Positions 39,825 through 50,143 are shown, counted from the first letter of the stretch. The stretch is DNA of 64,000 nt from Alphaproteobacteria bacterium (GCA_963665325.3 CAXXWS020000003.1:608001-672000); one strand, 5' to 3'. Translations and numbers: made by a program. Notes: generated by a model from the sequence alone, not told the origin.

Positions 39825-41099
39825 ATGCCGCATATCGCCATGGTGATTCCCTCGCTTGCGGGCGGCGGGGCGGAACGGACGGCGCTCCGGACAGTGGCCG
39901 GGCTGGCGGCGCGGGGGCACAAGGTCGATATCGTGCTGTTCTCCCCGCATGTCGCCTATCCGCGCGAGGTGCCGGCGGCGGCGCGGCTCATCGTGCTGTG
40001 CGGGCGGCGGGCATGGGCGCAGCGCGACCCCTCCGCCATGCCGGCAAACACGCAATGGCGCCCGGAGCGCGCGCCGCTCCTGCAAGGGGCAGGGCTCGCG
40101 GCCGGCCTCGTGCGCGACTTCCCGGCCGCCGCGCATATGCTGCTGCGCCGCGCCGCGCTCGCCCGCGCGCGCCGCCTCGCCCAATATGCGGCGCAGGAGA
40201 GGCCGGACATAGTGTTCGCCAACCTCCCCCAGGCGGAGCATGCGGCCTTCTACGCCGCCCGCCTCGCCGGCCCGCGCGCCTTCCCGCCGGTGGTGCCGGT
40301 CGTCCGCAACGTGGAAGCCCCCGGCACGCGGCACTCGCGGCGGCGCCGGCTGCTGTTCCCCTCGGCGGCGCATGTCGTGGCGGTCTCGCAGGGCGTCGCG
40401 GAAAGTGTCGCAGAGGCCGTCGGTGTGCCGGAGGAACGGCTTTCGGTCATCTACAACCCGGCCGTGACGCCGACGGCGCTCCGGCGCGCGGAGGAGGCGC
40501 CGGACCATCCCTGGTTCGGGGACGGCGGCCCGCCCGTGGTGCTGGGCGCCGGGAGGCTGGCGCGGCAGAAGGACTTCCCGACACTGATCGAAGCCTTCCG
40601 GCTCGTGCTGGCGGAGCGGCCCTGTCGGCTGCTGGTCCTCGGCGAGGGTCCGATGCGCCCCGATCTGGAAGGCCGGGTGCGTGCGCTCGGCCTGGAGGGG
40701 CAGGTGTCGCTGCCGGGCTGGGTGGAGAACCCCTATGCCTTCATGGCCCGCGCGGCGCTGTTCGCGCTCTCGTCGCGCCATGAGGGCTTTCCCGGTGCGC
40801 TGGTCGAGGCGCTGGCCTGCGGCTGCCCGGCGGTCTCGACCGACTGCCCGGCCGGCCCTGCGGAAATCCTGGAGGACCCGACCCTGCTCGCCCCGGTCGG
40901 CGACGCCGATGCGCTGGCCGGGGTCATGCTGCGCGCCCTCGCTCGCCCGGCGGACAAGCCTGCGCTCCGGGCGAGGGCGGCGCGGTTCTCAATGGAGCGC
41001 GCAGCGGCGGGGTATGAAAGGGTTGTCGGGCGGGCGTTGCAATATCGGGACGGCGTTCGCAGTCAGCCGGGTAGGTCTCCGGGGCCGCGCGATCCGTAA
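39825..41099 (+). CDS. GT4 glycosyltransferase
   Basis: SLAGGGAER, VAVSQGV, GRLARQKDF, SRHEGFPGALVEALACG. Confidence 0.9.
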   Translation: MPHIAMVIPSLAGGGAERTALRTVAGLAARGHKVDIVLFSPHVAYPREVPAAARLIVLCGRRAWAQRDPSAMPANTQWRPERAPLLQGAGLAAGLVRDFPAAAHMLLRRAALARARRLAQYAAQERPDIVFANLPQAEHAAFYAARLAGPRAFPPVVPVVRNVEAPGTRHSRRRRLLFPSAAHVVAVSQGVAESVAEAVGVPEERLSVIYNPAVTPTALRRAEEAPDHPWFGDGGPPVVLGAGRLARQKDFPTLIEAFRLVLAERPCRLLVLGEGPMRPDLEGRVRALGLEGQVSLPGWVENPYAFMARAALFALSSRHEGFPGALVEALACGCPAVSTDCPAGPAEILEDPTLLAPVGDADALAGVMLRALARPADKPALRARAARFSMERAAAGYERVVGRALQYRDGVRSQPGRSPGPRDP

Positions 41100-41878
41100 G
41101 TCACGATCCGACCGCGCTGGCGGGTGCGCACGGTGAAGCCGGCATCGCGAAGCAGCGCCTCGCAGGCATCGCTGGTCCGGCTGCCCTTGCGTTCGGGGCC
41201 GGTGTCGATGGCGATGCGCGCCGTCCGCCGGAGCAATTCCCGCCCGCCCTCAAGCGCTTCCGGCTCCGCGCCTTCGGCATCGCATTTGAGGAAAGCCAGT
41301 TCGTCGATCCCGTGTTCCTCGGCGATCCGGTCCAGCGTGGTAGCCCGGCGACGCACCGTGCCCGTGGCCATTTCCGGATTGTCCGCACCGAAAATCGAGC
41401 TGTCCGCCAACGACGCCGAGAGATTGAAAGTCAGCTCTTCCTCCGCGTTCCAGACCAGCGCGTCGATGACCGTCGCCGACTCCTTCCCGGACATATTCCG
41501 TCTGAGGCAGGCCAGCGCGTCCGGGTCGGGTTCGACCGCATAGACGGCCCGCCCCTCGTTCAGGGCCAGCAGCGAGAGCTCCCCGGCATGGGCACCGACA
41601 TCAAGAAGCGGTCCGGGCGGCGGCGCCAGCGCGGTGAACAAATACTTCTTGTCGAGGTTACCCAGGCGGGCGGCCAATCCCCTCTTGTAACGCCGCCAGC
41701 TTGCCGGCGAAACGCGGAACACCGAGCCGTCCGGCGCCGTAATCCGGCAGTAGCCGTCTACTTCCCGCAATTGCAGCGGGACTCGCCGTTGATAGCCTAC
41801 TGAGGCATAGAACCGGTGGCGTGCGAATTTGAACCGCTCGGCCGGCGACAGCCCTCTGGCGTCCTTGCGAACCGTCAT
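41063..41878 (-). CDS. FkbM family methyltransferase
   Basis: LDVGAHAG, AVEPDP, TTLD, FLKCDAEGAE. Confidence 0.85.
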   Translation of the reverse strand: MTVRKDARGLSPAERFKFARHRFYASVGYQRRVPLQLREVDGYCRITAPDGSVFRVSPASWRRYKRGLAARLGNLDKKYLFTALAPPPGPLLDVGAHAGELSLLALNEGRAVYAVEPDPDALACLRRNMSGKESATVIDALVWNAEEELTFNLSASLADSSIFGADNPEMATGTVRRRATTLDRIAEEHGIDELAFLKCDAEGAEPEALEGGRELLRRTARIAIDTGPERKGSRTSDACEALLRDAGFTVRTRQRGRIVTYGSRGPGDLPG

Positions 41879-41994
41879 GTATTCCCGCTTGCCCTGCACC
41901 TGCCCGCCTGGAGCAACGCCTTGGCTCTTATCACGACGCCGGCCCGGTGTCTTGCTGCCGGTAAAGCTGAGCGGCGCTCGGGGCCGGAAGAGCG

Positions 41995-42897
41995 ATGACA
42001 CCCCTCCGGTTGATCCCCAAGCGCCTGCTGCCGCGCAATGCGTGGGGAGACAAGGAGTTCTGCCGGCGCCGGTTCGTCCGGAGGCAGGGGCGGCGGCCGG
42101 AACTGCGCGATCCGAGGCGACTGACCGACCAGCTTTACCGGATCAAGACGGACGGCTCGTTGCTGGACCCGCTATGCCAGTTCGTGACCGACAAGGAGCA
42201 TGCGAAGCAGTATATCGAGGGCGTGATCGGCCCCGGCTGTCTGCCGGAGACCTACCGGGTGCTCAAGAATGCCGAAGACATAAGCGGCTTCGTCCCCGAC
42301 CGCGTTCCCTGTGTGCTGAAGCCCACGCATCTGAGCGGTCCGGTTCTCTTCCATACCGACCCGGACGAAGACATTGACCGCGGTCTGCTTTGCGAATGGC
42401 TGAAGAAGGAGCGGTACAGCAACACAAGGGAGGCCAACTACCGCCATCTCCAGCCGAAGATCATCATCGAGGAGTTCTTTTCCCAGGACGGACTGCCCGT
42501 GCCCAAGGACTACAAGCTGTTCTGCTTTCATGGCGCGCCGAAGCTGATCCAGGTGGATGACGGACGTTTCGGGCACCACACGCGGAACTTCTACGATATG
42601 AGCTGGAACCGGTTGCCCGTGACCTTTCGTTATCCGGCCGGTCCCGAGGACGAGAAGCCGCCTCTTCTGAAGGAAATGTGGGAGATTGCGTCCCTGCTCG
42701 CCTCGGCGTTTTCATTCGTTCGTGTGGACCTGTTTGCAAGCCGGACGGGGATTTGCGTCGGAGAACTGACATTCTGTCCCGAAGGCGCGAACGCCCCGCT
42801 TCTTCCCGACGCCGCCGACATCGAGCTCGCAAGGCTCTTCGACCCCGACTACCGACTGGACGCGTGGGCCTGCGCCGAGGCCTGGGCGAAGGGATGA
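41995..42897 (+). CDS. TupA-like ATP-grasp amidoligase
   Basis: VTDKEHAKQYI, VLKPTHLSG, IIIEEF, DYKLFCFHG, FVRVDL, GELTFCP. Confidence 0.85.
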   Translation: MTPLRLIPKRLLPRNAWGDKEFCRRRFVRRQGRRPELRDPRRLTDQLYRIKTDGSLLDPLCQFVTDKEHAKQYIEGVIGPGCLPETYRVLKNAEDISGFVPDRVPCVLKPTHLSGPVLFHTDPDEDIDRGLLCEWLKKERYSNTREANYRHLQPKIIIEEFFSQDGLPVPKDYKLFCFHGAPKLIQVDDGRFGHHTRNFYDMSWNRLPVTFRYPAGPEDEKPPLLKEMWEIASLLASAFSFVRVDLFASRTGICVGELTFCPEGANAPLLPDAADIELARLFDPDYRLDAWACAEAWAKG

Positions 42898-43005
42898 TCG
42901 ACGGGCGGGCGCCTGGTGCCGAAATAGGGATTCCGGAAACTTTTCACTAATCGACCCGCGGGGGCTTGTGTTCTGAATATCTGTGTTAGGATAGGAACAG
43001 GGAGA

Positions 43006-43038
43006 TGGGCGGCCACCGGAGCCGTCCTTTTCTTTTTC
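43006..43038 (+). terminator. Intrinsic terminator-like hairpin
   Basis: GGGCGGC-CACCGGA-GCCGTCC followed by TTTTCTTTTT. Confidence 0.5.
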
Positions 43039-43693
43039 GGGCAGGGAGCGGCAACCGGGGCCGCAAAACCCGGCGGGGGCGGACAGGAGAGGTGCGCCCG
43101 GCGTTTGCCTCGCGCGCGAGCGCAATCAGGCGCGCGAACTGCGCCGGCGCTGACGGGCGCACGCCCGCCCGCGATACGCGCGGAACAGGGTCCCTCCGCG
43201 AGCCGGTGGCAGTGAGAACGGAAAGGAACGAAACAGGATGCAGGAACGGCATGCAGGACGCATCCCCCCTTTCGCCGCATGCGGGCCGGGAGGGCTCCGG
43301 CGCAACCTCGCCCCGGCTTCCCTGCCGGGACGAGAACAGGCGGGGTCCGGGGCGTCGGGGTGGGGCGGCTGTTCGTCGATCCATGCCTATGCGAAAAACT
43401 TATGTCACCAAGAAGAAAACGGTATTGGTCCTTATCGAGTGCGGGTGCCAGATTGCGTTTGTCCGGTTCGGATCGGACCGCCGTCCCCGGCGCTTCGGTC
43501 CAGTAGCGGTTTCCTCCCCCGCGACCGGCAGCGCAGCCGGCGGGCCCCCCCACCCGCCGGCTGCCTTTCCTTGCGGCCGGTGCGGACCCCGCCGCGGAAA
43601 AACCCGTGGTAAAATGCGCGCGGGATGGAACCTCTAAAGCCTTCCCCGCCCGCGGGCCGGGAAAGGGAGAAGCGGCAGCCGCTCGTGGCGGCG

Positions 43694-43761
43694 CATGACA
43701 AAACATGACATTTCATGACATTCCGCGAAGGTCCCCCGCGCGCTGCGGCGGGCGCATGACA
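43694..43761. repeat. Phased CATGACA direct repeats
   Basis: CATGACA at 43694, 43704, 43714 (10-bp period) and again at 43755. Confidence 0.85.
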
Positions 43762-43821
43762 GGCGGGGGCTGTCCGGGCTAGAATCGCCGGGAGTTTTCT
43801 ACAGCCGCGGGGAGAGAAAAA

Positions 43822-45522
43822 ATGGCAGGCGACCGGCATCCTTGGCTCGCGAGCTACCCCGACCATGTGAACTGGGACGCGGAGATTCCCGAAGGCCCGC
43901 TCTTCGCGATCCTCGACGACTCCGTCCGCCGCTTCCCGGACAATGAGGCGATGGATTTCCTCGGCAAGACATACAGCTATGCCGAGCTCGGGCGGATGGT
44001 GGACCGCGCCGCCGCCGGCTTCCGCTCGCTCGGCGTGGAGAAGGGCGTCAAGGTCGGGCTCTTCCTGCCGAACTGCCCGCAATTCGTCGTCTCCTTCTTC
44101 GGCATCCTAAAGGCGGGCGGCACGGTGGTGAACTACAGCCCGCTCTACTCGGAGGAGGAGCTCGCCCAGCAGATCGAGGATTCCGAAACCGACATCATGG
44201 TGACGCTCGGCCTCACGGCGCTCTATCCCAAGATGGCGGCGCTGCTCCGGAAAACGCGCATCCGCACGCTCGTGGTCGGCCAGCTGCAGGACGTGCTGTC
44301 CTTCCCGAAGAACCTGCTCTTCCCGCTGTTGAAGCGCAGCGAGCTCGCGAAGGTGCCGGACGACGAAGAGCATGTGGCCTTCCGCCGCCTGCTCGACAAT
44401 GACGGCAGCGGCGAGCCGCCGGAGATCGACCCGCGCGAGGACGTCGCCGTCTTCCAGTACACCGGCGGCACGACCGGCGTGCCGAAGGGCGCGATGCTCA
44501 CCCACGCGAACCTGCACGCCAATATCCACCAGGCGCTGCTCTGGAATCCGTCGCTGGAGCCGGGCCGGGAACGGATGATGGGCGTGCTGCCCTTCTTCCA
44601 CGTGTTCGCAATGTCGGTGGTGATGAACTTCACCATCGCCATCGGGGGCTCGATCGTCATGCGCCCGCGGTTCGAGCTCGATCCCGTGTTGCAGGACATA
44701 ACCAAGAAGAAGCCGACGCTGTTTCCCGGCGTGCCGACCATGTACACCGCTATCGTCAACCACCCGAAGCTGTCGAGCTTCGACCTCACCTCGATCAAGA
44801 CCTGCATGTCGGGCGGCGCGCCGCTGCCGCTGGAGATCAAGCGGCGCTTCGAGGAGCTTTCGGGCTGCAAGCTGGTCGAGGGCTACGGGCTGACGGAATC
44901 CGCGCCGATCGCCGCCTCCAACCCGTTCGAGGGCGTCAACAAGGAAAGCTCGGTCGGCCTGCCCGTCCCCGGCACCACGATCACCATCGTGGACAAGGAG
45001 GACCCGCTGAAGATCCTGGCCCAGGGCGAGGACGGGGAGATCTGCATCTCCGGCCCGCAGATCATGAAGGGCTACTGGCGCCGCGACGACGCGACGGCCG
45101 AGACCATCGTCGAGGGCCGGCTGCGCACGGGCGATGTCGGGCACCTGGACGAGGACGGCTACCTGTTCATCATCGACCGCAAGAAGGACCTCGTGCTGGT
45201 CAGCGGCTACAATGTCTTCCCGCGCAATGTCGAGGAGGCGATCTACCGCCATCCCGCCGTCGAGGAAGTCACCGTCATCGGCATTCCGGACGACTACACC
45301 GGCGAGGCGGTCAAGGCGTTCGTCAAGCTCGGCGAGGGCCAGGCGCTGGATGCGGACGGGCTGCTGGAGTTCCTCCGCGACAAGCTCGGCCGCCACGAGG
45401 CGCCGAAGCATATCGAGTTCCGCGACGAGCTGCCCAAGACCATGATCGGCAAGCTCTCCAAGAAGGAGCTGGTCGCGGAAGAGGCAGCAAAGCGGGAAGC
45501 GGCGGAAGCTTCGTCGGGGTAA
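43822..45522 (+). CDS. fadD: Long-chain fatty acid-CoA ligase
   Basis: YTGGTTGVPKG, EGYGLTES, RTGDVG, LPKTMIGK. Confidence 0.92.
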   Translation: MAGDRHPWLASYPDHVNWDAEIPEGPLFAILDDSVRRFPDNEAMDFLGKTYSYAELGRMVDRAAAGFRSLGVEKGVKVGLFLPNCPQFVVSFFGILKAGGTVVNYSPLYSEEELAQQIEDSETDIMVTLGLTALYPKMAALLRKTRIRTLVVGQLQDVLSFPKNLLFPLLKRSELAKVPDDEEHVAFRRLLDNDGSGEPPEIDPREDVAVFQYTGGTTGVPKGAMLTHANLHANIHQALLWNPSLEPGRERMMGVLPFFHVFAMSVVMNFTIAIGGSIVMRPRFELDPVLQDITKKKPTLFPGVPTMYTAIVNHPKLSSFDLTSIKTCMSGGAPLPLEIKRRFEELSGCKLVEGYGLTESAPIAASNPFEGVNKESSVGLPVPGTTITIVDKEDPLKILAQGEDGEICISGPQIMKGYWRRDDATAETIVEGRLRTGDVGHLDEDGYLFIIDRKKDLVLVSGYNVFPRNVEEAIYRHPAVEEVTVIGIPDDYTGEAVKAFVKLGEGQALDADGLLEFLRDKLGRHEAPKHIEFRDELPKTMIGKLSKKELVAEEAAKREAAEASSG

Positions 45523-45735
45523 GGTCCCGGGCGGCTCCTGCCATGAGGGCGCGACAGGCGCAGCGATGAACGACGGCCGCCCGAGCTTCATCCTGTTGGT
45601 GACCGACCAGCAGCGCGCCGACCATCTGGGCTGCTACGGCCATCCCGTGCTGCGGACGCCGGCCATCGACGGGCTGGCGCGCCGGGGCGTGCGATACGAC
45701 AACTGCCATGTCGCCAGCCCCGTCTGCATGCCTAA

Positions 45736-47805
45736 CCCAAGTTTAACGTTTTGGTGGCCGATTTTGTCGAGGTTGGCCGGCGCGGTGTCATCAAGCCATT
45801 GATATTGCTGGATTGAGGTTTCCGGGGGCGCAATGTAGTGCCATAATATTTTCACTTGGGGATTTCGAGACCTTGCGCCCGCTCCTATGCTGTGCGCCAT
45901 GTTCATTCGCCGCACCAGGACCGGAACCGGCGAGCGCGGCGAGGTCTATTATTCCCATCGCCTTGTTCGCTCGGAGCGCGACGGCGGGAAGATCCGCCAG
46001 CGCACCCTGCTCAACCTGGGGAGCGACTTCCCTGTCGAGCGGCGGCACTGGGCGGTGCTGTGCAGCCGGATCCAGCAGCAGCTCGACCGCCAGGCCGAGC
46101 TGGTTTCGCTGTCCTGTCCGGAGGAGGTCGAGCGGCACGCCCAGCGCATCGCCGCGCAATTGCTCAACAGCGCGCCGTCCGGCGGGACCGGGCGCCCTGA
46201 CCTGCAGACGGTGGATGTCGGCTCCCTGGAGCTGATCCGCCCGCGTTCGGTCGGCGTCGAGCATGTCGGGCTGTGGGCCATGGAGCGGCTCGGCCTGGAG
46301 GCTTTGCTGGAGCGCCTGGGCTTCAACGGCACGCAGCGCGCGCTCGCCATGGCCACCGTGATCGCGCGCATGGCGGCGCCGGGCTCGGAGCGCGCCTCCT
46401 GGCGCTGGCTGTGCGAGCGTTCGGCGCTCGGCGAGTTGCTGGGGGTGGACTTCGAGCGCATGAGCATGATGCGCCTGTACCGCGCCTCCGACGCCCTGAT
46501 GGCGCAGCGCGCGGCGATCGAGGCGCATCTGTTCGATCGGGCGACGGATCTGTTCGGCCTGCGCCACACGGTGACGCTGTACGACCTGACCAACACCTTC
46601 TTCGAGGGCGCGGCGGCGGCCCAGGCCAAGGCCGAACGCGGCCATTCCAAGGAGAAGCGCTCGGATTGCCCGCTCTTGACCCTGGGGCTGGTGCTCGACG
46701 GCTCGGGCTTCGTGCGCCGCTCCGAGGTGTTCTCGGGCGCGGTCAACGAAGACAGGACCCTGGCGTCGATGCTCGGCGCCCTGGGCGCGCCGGCGGACGC
46801 GCTGGTGGTGATGGATGCGGGGATCGCCACCGAGGCCAACATCGCCTGGCTGCGCGCGAACGGCTACCGCTATCTCGCGGTCAGCCGGGAACGCACCCGC
46901 CGCTTCGATCCCGAGCTGGCGCTGGCCATCGAGACCCGGTCGCGCCAGACGGTCCATGTCCACAAGGCGGTCGACGCCGAAGCTGGAGAGGCGCGGCTCT
47001 ACTGCTACTCCGAGGCGCGGGCGAAGAAGGAACAGGGCATCGCAAACCGCTTCGCCGCGCGCTTCGAGGGCGAGATGCAGAAGCTCCACGACGGCCTCAA
47101 GCGGCCGCGCACCCGCAAGCGGCTCGACCATGTCTGGCAGCGGATCGGCCGGATCAGGGAGAAGAGCCGCGGCGCCGCGGCCCACTACGACATCGACGTC
47201 ATCGCCGACGAAAGCGGCGAGAAGGCCCGGGCCGTCACATGGGAGCGCCGCCCGCTCGCCGGCACCATGGCCACCCATCCCGGCGTTTACTGCCTGCGCA
47301 CCAACGTCGAGGACTGGGACGAGGAGGCGCTGTGGCGGACCTATACCTCGCTCACCGATGTGGAGGCGGTGTTCCGATCGCTCAAGTCGGAACTCGGCCT
47401 GCGCCCCATCTTCCACCAGACCCAGAGGCGCTCCGACGGCCACCTGTTCATCACCGTGATCGCCTACCAGATGGTGCAGACCATCCGCCGGCGCCTCGCC
47501 GAGCACGGCGAACACGCCAGCTGGGCCAGCCTGCGAGCCATCCTCGAAGGCCAGCAGCGGGTCACCGCGACCTTCAGGCGCAAGGACGGACGCACCTTGC
47601 ATGTCCGCAAGGCCACACGGGCCGAGCCCGAACAGCAAGAAATCTATCGCGCGCTCGGCATCGACCCCGCCCCTGGAGGCATCAGGAAAATGATCGTCTG
47701 ATCCCGAACCGGGCGAAATAACCGAAATGTAGTGCCAGACGCGAAATTATTGCTCCGTAAGGCATTGATAATCAATGATCTTCAAAATGCTCTGTTAAAC
47801 TTGGG
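45736..47805. mobile_element. IS1634-family insertion sequence, 2070 bp
   Basis: Perfect 12-bp TIR CCCAAGTTTAAC/GTTAAACTTGGG; CTAA duplicated at 45732-45735 and 47806-47809. Confidence 0.92.
45899..47701 (+). CDS. IS1634-family DDE transposase
   Basis: LYDLTNTFFEG, GHSKEKRSD, VMDAGI, VEAVFRSLKSELGLRPIFHQ. Confidence 0.93.
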   Translation: MFIRRTRTGTGERGEVYYSHRLVRSERDGGKIRQRTLLNLGSDFPVERRHWAVLCSRIQQQLDRQAELVSLSCPEEVERHAQRIAAQLLNSAPSGGTGRPDLQTVDVGSLELIRPRSVGVEHVGLWAMERLGLEALLERLGFNGTQRALAMATVIARMAAPGSERASWRWLCERSALGELLGVDFERMSMMRLYRASDALMAQRAAIEAHLFDRATDLFGLRHTVTLYDLTNTFFEGAAAAQAKAERGHSKEKRSDCPLLTLGLVLDGSGFVRRSEVFSGAVNEDRTLASMLGALGAPADALVVMDAGIATEANIAWLRANGYRYLAVSRERTRRFDPELALAIETRSRQTVHVHKAVDAEAGEARLYCYSEARAKKEQGIANRFAARFEGEMQKLHDGLKRPRTRKRLDHVWQRIGRIREKSRGAAAHYDIDVIADESGEKARAVTWERRPLAGTMATHPGVYCLRTNVEDWDEEALWRTYTSLTDVEAVFRSLKSELGLRPIFHQTQRRSDGHLFITVIAYQMVQTIRRRLAEHGEHASWASLRAILEGQQRVTATFRRKDGRTLHVRKATRAEPEQQEIYRALGIDPAPGGIRKMIV

Positions 47806-49276
47806 CTAACCGGGCAAGCCTGATGACCGGGCGCATGCCCTCGCTGCACGGCGTGCGCATGAACGGCATCCCGCTGTCGACCGATGCGGTGACCTTCGTG
47901 GACCTCCTGCGCGACGCCGGTTACCGCACGGCGCTTATCGGCAAGAGCCACCTGCAGAACTTCACCGGGCAGCCGGCCTATGGCGAGCCCCGGCCGGAAC
48001 GGAGCGGGTTCCACCGCGCGGGCGGCGCGCTTGCCGAGGCGAGCCGGCAGGATTTCCGCGCGCCCGCCTACAGGCAGGAGGTGCCGCCCACCGGGCCCGG
48101 TTCCGTGGCGCTGCCGTTCTACGGTTTCGACCATGTGGAGCTCGTTACCGGGCACGGGGACGCCTGCGGCGGCGACTACGGGCGCTGGGTGCGCGAGCGG
48201 GAGCCGGGCGTGGAGAGGCTGCTCGGCGCCGGGAACCAGCTTGCTCACGACTATGTCTGTCCGCAGGCCGTGCGCACGGCGCTGCCGGAGGAACTCTATT
48301 CGACGAACTACATCGCCGAGCAAGCGGTTTCCTGGCTCGATGCGGTGGGCGGCGAGCCGTTCTTCCTCATGGTCTCCTTCCCCGACCCGCACCATCCGTT
48401 CAACCCGCCGGGGCGCTACTGGGACGCCTACCGCCCCGAAGATATGCCGGTTCCTGCCGCCTTCGAACGCAATGACTGGACGCCGCCGCCGCATGTCGCG
48501 GCCCTCCACCGGGAGCGGGAGGAAGGCGAGGCCGCGCTCCGGGGCATGAACAGCATCGGCTGCACCTTGCAAGAGGCGCTCGAAGCCAGGGCGCTCACCT
48601 GCGGCATGATCGAGATGATCGACGCCGCCGTCGCCCGCGTGCTGGCCGCGCTGGACCGGAGCGGCGGGGCCGGAAGCACGGTCGTCGCATTCACCAGCGA
48701 CCATGGCGACCATCTGGGCGACCACGGCCTGCTGCTCAAGGGCGCCGAGCCCTATCGGGAGATCACCCGCGTGCCCCTGATCTGGGCCGACCCGGACGGG
48801 CCGTCGGGCGCAACGGAAGACGGCATCGCGCAGACCCTCGACATCCCGGCCACCATCCTCGAACGGGCGCGCATCGAGCCGTTCCACGGCATGCAGGGCC
48901 GCAGCCTGCTCGGCGGCCCTGCCCGCGATGCAGCGTTCATCCAGTACGACCACCAGCGGCCCCATCCCGGCCTTGGCGGCCCGCCGCGGGTGCATACGCT
49001 TGTGGACCGGCGCTGGCGGCTGAGCGTCTTCGAGGGGCAGGACTGGGGCGAGCTCTACGACCTCGAAGCCGACCCGGACGAGCTCCGCAACCTCTGGGAC
49101 GACCCCGCCGCCGCGAGGGACAAGGCCCGGATGATTGAGCGGCTCCTCAGGGAAGAAATCGCCGCCGTGGACCGCTCGCCGTTCCCCACCGCGAGGGCAT
49201 AGGAGCGCCTCGCTAACGCCGGCCTGCGGGTGTAGGCTGGACGGGTATTGCAACTAACCGGGAGAGGGTCCGCGCC

Positions 49277-50110
49277 ATGGGGCAATTCGACCGCGCCGGC
49301 GAGGATGTCGGCAATATCGTCACGCTGGAGCATGTCAATGTCCTGGTGCCGGACCAGGTCCGCGCGACGGACTTCTATGTCACCGCGCTCGGGCTCACGC
49401 GCGACCCCTACCTGGTGACCGGCACGAACAATATGTGGATCAATGTCGGGCAGAGCCAGTTCCACCTGCCGGTCGGCGAGGCGCAATGCCTGCGCGGCCG
49501 GACGGGGCTCGTCATGCCGGATCTCGACGCGCTGGCGGCCCGGCTCGACACCGCCGGCGTGGCCTATGAACGGAAGGACGGCCATATCGACACGGCCTGC
49601 CCCTGGGGCAACCGCATCCGCGTGCACGGCCCGAACGAGGGGCGGACGCTCGCCATGGACTATGTCGCCTTCGACGTGCCCGAGGGTACGGCCGAGGCAG
49701 CGGCCGCTTTCTACCGCGAGGTCTGGAAGTCGGCGGCCTGGGTGGACGAGGATGGCGTCGGCCACGCCTCGGTCGGGCGCGGACAGGAGCTGCGTTTCGT
49801 CGAAACCGCCGAGCCGCTGCCCGACTATGACGGCCACCATATCGCGATCTATGTCGCGGATTTCTCCGGTCCGCACCGCTGGCTGGACGAGCGCGGCCTT
49901 GTGTCCGAGGAAAGCAACCGGTGGCAGTACCGCTTCCTCGACATCGTCGATCCGGGCACGGGCGAGCCGGTGTTCCGCATCGAGCACGAGGTGCGCTCGA
50001 TGACCCACCCGATCTACGGGCGCCAGCTGGTCAACCGCAACCCGGCGGTCACCAACAACGACTTCGTGCCGGGCCATGAGGCTGCTCCCTGGATGGCGCC
50101 GCCGGCGTAA
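49277..50110 (+). CDS. VOC/glyoxalase-like two-domain protein
   Basis: LEHVNVLVPD..ATDFY..LGL, QFHL, HHIAIYV, EHEVRS. Confidence 0.75.
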   Translation: MGQFDRAGEDVGNIVTLEHVNVLVPDQVRATDFYVTALGLTRDPYLVTGTNNMWINVGQSQFHLPVGEAQCLRGRTGLVMPDLDALAARLDTAGVAYERKDGHIDTACPWGNRIRVHGPNEGRTLAMDYVAFDVPEGTAEAAAAFYREVWKSAAWVDEDGVGHASVGRGQELRFVETAEPLPDYDGHHIAIYVADFSGPHRWLDERGLVSEESNRWQYRFLDIVDPGTGEPVFRIEHEVRSMTHPIYGRQLVNRNPAVTNNDFVPGHEAAPWMAPPA

Positions 50111-50143
50111 CCCGCTCCCGGTTTTCACGGGCGCGGGCGTCCT

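Larger units (their letters stand above)
45566..49202 (+). pseudogene. Sulfatase interrupted by IS1634 (fragments 45566-45735 and 47806-49202)
   Basis: TDQQRADHLG..SPVCMPN | RASLMTGR; removing the IS and one CTAA restores the CxPxR motif in frame; GKSH, PDPHHP, TSDHGD downstream. Confidence 0.92.

Noticed and set aside
43214-43250. Alphaproteobacterial LexA box (GAAC-N7-GAAC)
   Set aside because: The GAAC pair is spaced by 6 nt and no SOS gene follows
42849-43706. ORFs of 75-285 aa in the long intergenic tract
   Set aside because: Arg/Pro/Gly-rich, mutually overlapping, no motifs or host-like codon pattern
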